From NCBI RefSeq assembly GCF_004010195.1, contig NC_057716.1, forward strand, positions 26,616,242-26,680,241: a stretch of DNA of 64,000 bases. The letters run 5' to 3'. Below the pieces are notes generated by a model, which did not search any database, had not been told where the DNA came from, and worked only from the letters and a program-made list of their open reading frames with translations. The stretch comes from Chiloscyllium plagiosum (lineage: Eukaryota). The translations under genes and the position numbers were made by a program. Of the stretch, positions 54,392-64,000 are shown one piece after another (within the stretch, counting starts at the first letter, position 1; the number at the start of each line of letters is the position of its first letter).

Positions 54392-55589
54392 TGAATACAC
54401 ATGATTTAAATACAAATTCTATCTTGTGTAGTTAACATCATTAATTCAGTAGCAAGCTCTAAATATAATGAGTTTAAGGATAACATCAATGACTCCATGC
54501 AAACTGGCCTCATGTTTCTTCTCAAAAAAAGTCCTGTAACTTGGGAACAAAACAACAAGGGGTTTAATTCATGGGGATTTAACATATATACAAATTGTAC
54601 ATGCAACTACCCAAATGTCTAAACTCTTAAAATTTTAGGTCTGACTAACAAATCTTATGTCCCACTAAGTCTCTGCCATGTCTCCCAACTCTCAAATATG
54701 CCGTGCTTCAATTGTGCTTGTTCAGGAGTGTCTCAACTATGTGATCAGATCTTAAGATGTGGTAGGAAACAAACTTACTTTTGTGAAGTTTCTTTAAAAC
54801 TTGTAGGAAGTTTTAGAAAGCTTGATACCTGCTTGATATTCTTGTATTTATTTGAATAAACATTTATGGCATAAATCAGATTAGAAATGGAAAAGCTTCC
54901 ATGATTGCAATTCTTAAACACCCTGTACTCAATCAGAACAACTAAATGAGCAGAAACGTAAGTTTCATACTTTGTAAACAATGTTTTTTCACTTTCCTTG
55001 GACTCAGAAGATTTCCTCTGATTTACATGCACTTTAATGCTAGCTCATTCTTTTAAGTTAGAAGGATACTGAGACCTAACATGACATCAGCATCAAGATT
55101 ATTTCTTGGTTTAGCCTCAGGTTCATGACTGAACAGGACACTTGAGACCCAAGAGCAATCATCGCACAGAAAGAATGTTTTGGAATAAGTTTGTTGAGGA
55201 AGAGTTGTAAAGACCGTATTTTTTTTTTGTCTGTGTTTTTAAATGTAGACTGACATGGGATAGGAACTGTTTTAAGACTGAGAATTACTGCATACTTTTG
55301 CTACCAAGTAATCTCATTGTAAACACTGTCCACACAGCTACCATTTCCATCAATAGCTGAAGTGTAGTTTGCAGATAAACTGGAGTCAAAAGGGCTATGT
55401 GCAAATGGAGCTTATTTGATGTTTTTTGGATCAATGACAAAGACCTTCTGCTTGCAAATCATTATGTAATTGGGAGTCAGGTAGCTGCACAGCTTGGTGC
55501 TTTGATCAAGATCTAGAGGAGTCATCAGATTTCCACCATCTCAGGATCTGTTTCTGTATCAAAACCTACTTTAAGCCTGGCCAATGAAG

Positions 55590-55815
55590 GCAAGCATGCC
55601 AAATGTCGTCTTAACCACTCTGCCTACCTGCAACTCCACTTTCAAGGAATTATGAGCCTGCATTCCAAGGTCTCTTTGTTTAGCAGTACTGCTCAGGACC
55701 TTATTATTAAATGTCTAAGCTGTGCCCTGATGTGCCCTCCTAAAATGCAACACCTCACACTTACCTGGATTAAATTCCAGCTGGCTCTCCTTGGCCCATC
55801 AGCCCATCTGATCAA
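55590..55815 (-). mobile_element. CR1 RT fragment
   Basis: Homologous to 14820-15040 (ccaaggtctctttgtt...aaaatgcaacacctcac). Confidence 0.75.
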
Positions 55816-55820
55816 TGTTG

Positions 55821-56290
55821 TAAACTCATGAGAAACAGGAGCTAACATTTGCCTGTTCAGCATTTAATATATCATGACTGATCTTCTACCTCACCTATGC
55901 GTTTCCACTTGATGCCTAGTTATCCTAGACTCCCTAATTGTCTCAGCATCCATATATCTGGACACTCAATACCCTAATTTAAAGTAATTAACAGCATATA
56001 AATAGCTGGTAGTCCTTGCTGTACCCTACTAATTACAGCTGCCAACCTGAAAATAACCTGTTTATTTCAGATCTATCTTCGCTTCAATAATCAATCCTCA
56101 ATCCATGCTAATATATTATCAGTAATCCTATGAACCTTTACTTTGCATAACAAGCAGTTGTGTGGCACCTTATCAAATGCCTTTTGAAATTTACTGCATC
56201 CATAGGGCGTCCCCTTTCTGCACATATTCCCAAAAAAGCCAAAGATTTGTCAAACACAACTTTCCTTTCATAAAACTATGTCAAATCATG
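55821..56290 (-). mobile_element. Old CR1 5' RT half fused to a duplicated 3' end
   Basis: 55955-56290 carries RT up to just before SKFADD (KAFDKVPH at ~56160-56185). 55821-55954 is an inverted copy of 54256-54391. Confidence 0.75.
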
Positions 56291-58111
56291 TTGCAATTTT
56301 TCAGGTACCCTATTACCATATCCTTTATGATGCATTACATCATTTGGGTAAAATAATCAAAATGCTCAGAATATGAGGTAAGAATTTGAAATGCAGTGAG
56401 ACCTGCTAATATATTAAAACCGTTGTGGGGCTCTAACTGTTTTTGTCTTTTTATTTATAATGTGTGACATAATACAGTGTCATTCTCTATTTTACACTGT
56501 ATTAATGCTGCAAATCCCCACACCTTTCAACCTGCCCGTGGTCCCACACTCTCTCTGGAGAGCTGGGGAATGGCTTATATTTTGTTTGCAAATGTCAAAT
56601 AACAGGCTAGAATATCACATGCCCATAGTTGAAGTGCTACAGTGTCATCATTGGCAAGAGGGTGCAATTACAGCCTGACATGTTTACATAGCCAGTTCCC
56701 ATTTTGAATGTATCTCTAGGAATTTATAATGAAGATACAAAACTAAGAACCTGACTTTAAAGAGGTGTTTGATCTGTGCTGCAAGCCTGTTCAATTATTC
56801 CTCCCTCTTCTGTAACTCAGCTGCAGTTCAGAGCTCCCTGTGTGCATTGTCACAGGAGGTTGACTAAAATAAAGATTGTAAAATATATATTCAGATAAAA
56901 AAAATTATATGTTCATATGTGCAACCCAAAGTTAATATTGCTAACAGAGATGTCGCAAGTGGAGAATGTTTAAATATGAAATGGTGAGCAGCAATTACTG
57001 GGGGACGGTTAGTCCACAAGGTTGCTATGTGCAAGATTGCCAATGATTGGATTAAATTGCAGCATTATCTGATTTCACAGCTATTGACTGCAGCTAAATA
57101 AATTGAAAGAATATTACTAATTCATCTTGGCTTATCCTTTGAAAGGGCCTAGGGCTGCTGCCAATCTTCTACCTTATAATGCACAACATCAGCTTTCTGC
57201 CTACACACACGCACACACCAGGACAGCTTCATTGTAAGTCCACTATTCAAGACCTTGTTAACTCTGTACAGTCAAATTTAAAATTCTCACTCGTGTTCAA
57301 ATTTCATTGTGGCCTTTCATCCTCTATCTCTGTAACATCCTCTAGCCATTCCACAAACTCCTCCAATTCTGGTTTCTTCCATATCCCTAATTTCTGTCTC
57401 CCCGCCCTCACCTATCCAAATCTTAAGCTCTGTAAACACCCTTTATAAACTGCCCTGCCACCCTGTCTGCCTCTCTAAGGCAGCCCCTTAATATCTATCT
57501 TTTCTGTAGCAGAGCTTTTCAACACATGTCCTGACATGACTGCTCGTGTCCCAGTATTAAAGATTGTCCAGAAGTGCTGCTGACATTAAAGGTGCTTCAT
57601 GAATGCATGTTCTTGTGTCTCCAGTTATGCTCCAACGTCCTAGATAGATAAACTTTGTTCTGACCCCGACTCCAGGGGTCAGAATCTTCTGACCAGACCA
57701 GTGTCTTGTGCATGGCTTGCAAAAGCTCACACTTAGAATGAAGGTCTGCCAGATCTTCAGGCAGTTAGTTTGCTGCTACAGCATGTGAAGCACTGATGTA
57801 ATGAAACATTGTGTAAGTGGAGGCCTTTTATTTTGTACTTCTAACAGCTGTGGCTTATTATACTTCAATGCAGTGCTGAGGGAATACTGCACTGGCAGTG
57901 GCCTTCTTTTAGGTGAGGTGTCAAGCTGAGGTTCCTTCTGCCCCCTCAGGTAGATTGAGAGATCCATGAGCTCCCTTCATGAAGAGTAGGTGAATTCCTT
58001 TGTTGGCCCAGTTGATGTTTGAAGCAATATTATGAAGGAGGATCATCTCGTCATTATCACAGGTTGCTACCACAGTTCCTTCTTTACAACAGCAACTATA
58101 CTTCAGACGTG

Positions 58112-58335
58112 GAGGAGAAAGTGAGGACTGCAGATGCTGGAGGTCAGAGCTGAAAATGTGTTGCTGGAAAAGCGCAGCAGGTCAGGCAGAATCCAGGGAA
58201 CAGGAGAATCGACGTTTCGGGCATAAGCCCTTCTTCAGGAATCCTGAAGGAGGGCTTATGCCCGAAACGTCGATTCTCCTTCTCCTTGGATGCTGCCTGA
58301 CCTGCTGCGCTTTTCCAGCAACACATTTTCAGCTC
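58112..58335. mobile_element. Young palindromic Penelope pLTR insertion with 14-bp TSD
   Basis: Near-perfect inverted repeat 58147-58335 centred on 58241. Direct repeat atacttcagacgtg at 58098-58111 and 58336-58349. Inserted within a Deu-SINE. Confidence 0.93.
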
Positions 58336-58604
58336 ATACTTCAGACGTGCTCAGATGGCTGCACAAAGCTTTGAGGTGTCAAGAATTGTGCTATGGAAGT
58401 GCAAGCCTTTCTTCTTTCTTTCTGTAATCTTGAGAACAAGAATTTTGGTGCCTTTCTTTGAATACTCTTAAAGTGAAGCACTATATTTCGGTATCTGTAC
58501 CAATAGCTGCTGCTTATACCAGACTTAAACAAACATTATTATTCTATGTACTAAAAGCTAAGTGTTGACACAGTTAACTTGACTGTGATCAATGCCTGTG
58601 CTCG

Positions 58605-59100
58605 AACCTGTGTCTAGGAGTAGGCCACTCGGCCCTTTGAGCATGCTCAACCATTAAATAAGATCAAGGCTGAGCTGATAATGGCCAAAACTTCACTTTC
58701 CTGCCTACCCACGAAGTTCTTTGACACCCTTGTTATAGTCAAGAATCTCACCTACCTTTACCTTGAAAGTATTCAATGACCCCAAATCTCCAAACTTTCT
58801 TAGACAGTGGGTTCCGAAGTCGCACAGTCCTCTGTGAGAGAAAAGGTTCTTCTCATCTATGATCTGAAAGGGTGACCCTTAATTTTCAAGCAATGCCCCC
58901 CTAGTTCTGGATCCAACCTCGAGGGGAAACATTCTTTCTTACATCCACCTTGCTAAGACGATTCAGAATCTTCTACACTCCAATCAAGTTACCCCTCACT
59001 CCTTTAAACTTCTGTGGAAACGAGCCCAGTCTTTTCAAACCTTTCCTTGTAAGATGGCCCAATTATTCCAGTTATCCATTTAGTAAAATCCTCTCTAAAG
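58605..59100 (-). mobile_element. CR1 3' fragment
   Basis: taggagtaggccactcggccctttgagcatgctc...aagatcaaggctg 3' UTR plus ORF2 C-terminal remnant. Confidence 0.8.
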
Positions 59101-59102
59101 TG

Positions 59103-62100
59103 AGATTCAAGATGGCGACCATCTGAACAATCTGCTGTGTTGGGCTCTGTGCTATATGCCAGGCAAGGTGGGCTCCTACTCCCCTGCACCCCATTAGCAC
59201 CCTCCTGAGGAAAGTTTGTAATGTAAAGTAGGTAGAATACCTGGAGCCTTCTTAAATTAAGATTTGACAGATCTGGAGCTGATATGAAAACATCCAAGGG
59301 AAAGGCCGCTTAGGCTCTTCCCTAATATGTTGGGCACACCCGCAGCCATTACCTCGACTCCAGTGACGGTGCCCTTACGTTCAGTGGAGCAACAGTATTT
59401 ACTCCGTGAAAAAATCGAGGGAGCGCTGGAACCAATTGCTGCCATGCTGACAAAGCCTGAGCAGGAGATCCGGGCTTTGGATCAGCGCATGGAAGCGATG
59501 GAACATAGGACTACGGCCTCAAAGGCCACGCTGAGAGGTCCAAGGGGCGGGTCCGAACCTTAGAATGGCCCTGCAGGAACAAGTAGACAATCTTGAAAAT
59601 CGAGGTCACAGAAAAAAATCTGTGGGATCTTGGGCTTACTGGAGAGTGTAGAAGATGAAAACCTCGCTGATTTTCTCGAAGGTGGTTTCTGGAGTTGCTG
59701 GGGCTGGGGATCGAGTCAGACCAGGTGAATGTGGAGCGGACCCACTGGATAGTGATGCGTAGGTCTGGGCCAGCCAGGCACCCCCCACCCGGTCCTAGTG
59801 CGACTCCAGCATTACAAGGAAAAGCATTTAATTATAGAAACAGCCAGAAGACTGGGAGGAAATCCACAGGCTTTGACTTATAAATAATGTTTTTTCTTGA
59901 CTTTTCTGGGGCCATAATTAAGAAACGGAAGACCTTTGATGATGTAAAGAAAAAATTAAGAGATTTAAACATTCAATATTCTCTGAGGTACCTGGCAGTA
60001 CTACGTTTCAGTTATGAGGGAGCTGTCTACATCTTTGACTCGACAGAAAAAGTAAAAGAATTTTTAAACTCGCTGAAATGATAGACTTTGGCCAAGGAGG
60101 AAGGAGGAAAAAATGTGTCCGGACAATGGCATAATACAATTTTTTTTTATCTTCTTTCTCTTTATTCTTTTCCGTTTTGGAGTCTCAGGCTTGGTATTGC
60201 TTTGGTATAAAATCCAGTATGTTTTATATTATATCTGTTTGGTGGTTATTAATTATTCTATTGTTCTGATTTGCTGGGTAAGGGATGGTTACTCCTTTGG
60301 TGTAAAGATGTGTGGGGTTGAGATGTGGAGGGGAAGGGGTGGGTGTCCATTGTTAAGTTGTAGGAGTATAAATAATATGTTTCTTTTCCCATTGCTTGGG
60401 TTTGGGGCGCAACCTTAACTGGAAGGTGCTAGGATGGTTGTGAGGTTGGGAGCGAATGCCCCCTGTGGTCAAGGAGGGAGATCTCAAGAGATTTGTGTTT
60501 TTTGTGTTTATTTGTTCAAGTTAGGCGTAGAGATTAGTTTTTTAGTTTTACTAGTTTTGGTAATGTTTGTAGGAATAGTCTGGGATTTGATGATGTCTGT
60601 TTTTTCCCAACTCATCGCACATTGAATGGGTTTCTTCCTCTCAGGGGACTGTGGGCTGTAGTGTGCTGTCATAGCTCGCGATCTGTTCAGGTGGTGCATC
60701 TGGAATATAAAGGGGAGCCATTCCCCTATTAAAAGGAAAAAGGTCATCTTAAATCTTGGGAAGGAAAGGGTTGATATTGCCCTGTTGCAAGAGACACGTT
60801 TGACTGATGGGGAACATCTGAAGTTACAGCAGGGGGGCAGATACGATGGGGTGTTCCTTTCCTCCTTTAACCCCCAAAGGCAGAGGGGTGGTCATACTGG
60901 TATGAAAGAACCTCCCATTTCAGGTGATAGATCAAATCAAGGATGGATATGGACAGTTCGTCATTCTCAAGGCACTGATACACAGAGAAGGGTATGGCAT
61001 CCTGAACATTTACTGTCCCCCGGCACATCCTCTCAAATTTTTAGTTGATGCAGTCTCTAAATTAATGGTTCTTGGGGTATGCCATACAATTTTAGGAGGA
61101 GACTTTAATTATCTCATGGACCCTGGGGTCAACAGGATGCCAAGGGGGCTGTTGGGTATACCTCGGCAGTCTAGACAGTTAGTGGACTTGTGTGAGTAGT
61201 TGGGGCTAATGGATATGTGGAGGTGCCTCCACCCGAATGGGAGGGACTTTACCTTTTACTCCAACCCGCACAAGTGCCACACAAGAATTGATACGTTAGT
61301 TGTTCCATTTGTTTGTTTGGACTTGGTGGGCCTGCAGGATTGGGAGTGTAACTATTGCGGACCATGTGATGGTATATTTAGATGTTAAGACCAAACGTAG
61401 TGGAATAAGCACATGACACTAGCGCATGGATCCATTTCTGTTGAAGGATGACAACTTTGTACAGTATATCACAAGGGAGTTCAGGGCTTTTTGGGACATC
61501 AGTCGGCGTACGGCCAGTCATCCATCCATGCTCTGGGAGACCACCAAAGCATTCTTGATTATTTCATACTCAACAACGAAGAGGAGGCAGAGAGGGGAGC
61601 AGCAGCAGATGTTTGAGGCACAGCTGAAGGCAGCCGAATCGGCATATTATACCAGACCATCCTTGGTCAAATTGCAACAGGTCTTGGCTCTCCAGGCTGC
61701 TCTGGACTCAGCACTCACACAAGTGGTGAACTGAGGGGTCTCATAGAACATAGAACATTACAGCGCAGTACAGGCCCTTCGGCCCTCAATGTTGCGCCGC
61801 CCTGTCATACTAATCTGAAGCCCATCCCACCTACACTATTCTATGTACGTCCATTTGCCTGTCCAATGACTTAAATGCATTTAAACTTGGCTGTTTGAAT
61901 ATGGAGGTAAGCCAGGTAGATACCTGGCTAGGAAGAAAGTGCTTCACAGTCCATTGTGACTATCAAGGAGAGAACTGGCAATGTGACTCGTGCACTGAGG
62001 AAGATCACTGCCAGATTCCAGGAGTTCTGTGCAGAGTTATATTGGTCAGAGGGCTGTGGAGATGGAGAAGTGAGAATGGAATCCTTTTTTGAAAACTTGG

Positions 62101-64000
62101 ACCTCCCCAGTATAAACACAGACCAGGCATCACTTTCAAATACACCTCTGACAGTACAGGTGGTAAGGTACCCCGTCCAGATGGATTCCCGAGTGAATTT
62201 TACAAGGAGTTCATACACATGTTAGCTGAACCACTGCTGGAGATGTGTAGTCATTCATTGCAGCCAGCACTGCCTTCCGCTCTCTCTTAGGGAGGCCAAT
62301 ATCTCCCTTATTTTAAAGAAAGGGAAAGACTCAAGGATTGCACATCATACAGACCCATCTGTAAAATCCTATCAAAGGTGTTGGCTCTGAGGTTGGAGAA
62401 GGTGCTGCCTGTTATTATAAAAGTGGACCAAACAGATTTTATCAAGGGCTGCAGCTCCTTCAACAATATCAGGTGGGTACTGAATATAGTGCAAATATGT
62501 CAGCAGAGAATGATTCCAGGTTTGGTGGTCTCCCTGGATACATAAAAGATTTCTGATTGGGTGGAATGGTCGTATCTCTTTGCTGTTGCAGGTGGTTTTG
62601 GTCTGGGAGGGGCCTTCGCCAGGTGGGTGGCAAGGTTATGTAAAGACCCCAAGGCGGTGGTTATTACGAATGGGGTTAAATGCAGCAATTTTGGTATGGG
62701 GAGGGGCAGCTGACAGGGATATCCCCTGTTGCCGCTGCTGTTTACCTTGGTACTTTAACCACTGACTGAAAGGACCCTGAAATAATGGCACCGAAGGAGG
62801 GAGTTGGGGAACACAAAATCAATCTCAGTGCAGACGATGTCTTGTTTTGGCTAACTCTGAAAAGTTCACATCCTGGCTAATACAAAAAATTAAGTTATTC
62901 GACAGTTTTTTGGGATACGGAATAAATTTCACAAAATCAGAACTCATGCCCGTGGGGGGAATTGGTGGAAATACTAAAAATGGAGGACGAAATGGAGTTT
63001 CCTTTTAGATGGTCACAGAAAGGTCTTCTCTGTCTGGGAATTTTTATTACCCCTTACTTCCAGCAGCTGTACGGAGCTAACTTTGTGCAGCTGTTTCAGA
63101 GAATGAAGCAAGACTTTCAGCGATGGGAGGGACTACCCATATCATAGTTAGGCCGTATAGCTTTGATTAAAATGAATGTTCTTCCTTGGTTGTTATATCC
63201 AATGAGGATGCTCCCGTTGTTAGTACCCAAACAGGTGATGCGGAGGTTTGTGGAATGGCTTGGATCATTTATTTGGTGCCATAGGTGCTCCCTAATTAAA
63301 TTTACCAAGTTGCAACTTCCGCAGGATATTTAGGGGGGTGTAGACCTCCCAGATCTGAAGAGATACCAAATAGGTGCCCTGTTGTCATATGTGAGTGAAT
63401 GGGTGCGTAATGACTCAATGTTGATATGGCTTGATGTAGAAGTCTCGCAGGCGAGATGTCCCCTCATAGACTTACTGTTCATAGATAAGATGAAATCTGT
63501 AGTTGAGCACTGTGAGAGTCCAATTATTATAAATACGGGAAAAGCATGGAGAATAATGCGGCAGGGTGAGGGCAATTTGCTTAAGACTTCGCCATTCACC
63601 CCTTTAGTGGGAGCCCCAGGATTTAGACTGGAGTCAATGGACTCCAGCTTCACAGCATGGGAATGTGAAGGAGTCTCCTGTCTGGGAGATTTATTTGAGG
63701 GAGAGGTCTTGATGTCTTTCAGCCAATTAGGTCAGAAATACGGAATCCCAAATAGGGACCTTTTCCGATATTTCCAGGTTAGGGATTACATATGGAAGAA
63801 CACCACGCTTTTGACCCAGCCCAACAAGTCGGATATAGAAAGAAGACTGTTCCGATGTGAGGACACTCTCTCAGTTAGTACCATATATCATCTGCAGAGA
63901 GGGAATGCCTTGGAGGATATGAAAAAATCCATGAGATTTGGAATCCGGAGTTAGGGGAAGAAATCTAGCTGGAAATGTGAGAGGATATGTAGGGGAATGT
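59103..64000 (+). mobile_element. Near full-length degraded L1-clade LINE (ORF1 ~59283-60081, ORF2 from ~60670, runs off the window)
   Basis: 5' end CAAGATGGCG. ORF1 has DNLENR and DFSGAIIKKRKTFDDVKKKL. Endonuclease motifs WNIKG...LQETRL, NIYCP and GGDFN. RT motifs YRPI and SADDV, then the C-terminal region. Many stops and frameshifts. Confidence 0.92.
61742..61891 (-). mobile_element. CR1 3' tail inserted in L1 ORF2
   Basis: catagaacatagaacattacagcgcagtacaggcccttcggccc, same family as the 26545 tail. The L1 frame resumes with FEYGGKPGRYLAR. Confidence 0.85.

Noticed and set aside
63382-63954. 190-aa ORF as a host gene
   Set aside because: It is part of the L1 ORF2 C-terminal region.

Overview
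Eukaryotic, repeat-rich genomic DNA from a cartilaginous fish, most likely a shark (HE1/V-SINEs, Deu-core SINEs, CR1, Penelope and L1 families typical of elasmobranchs). It is not prokaryotic, and almost all ORF-track entries are spurious or transposon debris. The only host coding sequence I can support is one 80-nt plus-strand exon (21634-21713, IQAPAKGPNGRPQYEELEHHQYTTLPR) resembling the penultimate exon of PARD3B, so the window is probably two large introns. Most notable observations: (1) an ungapped 184-bp long-range inverted repeat (3010-3193/4017-4200) with G-U-biased differences; (2) many Penelope-borne minimal hammerhead ribozyme motifs, with all sense-strand copies I found damaged and several antisense copies intact; (3) a young palindromic Penelope insertion with a 14-bp TSD; (4) a CR1 split into two opposed halves with a duplicated 3' end; (5) a tRNA-Phe pseudogene; (6) an unidentified ~1.1-kb coding-like relic. 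Repeat boundaries and counts were read by eye and are approximate, and family names come from motif recall rather than a database search.
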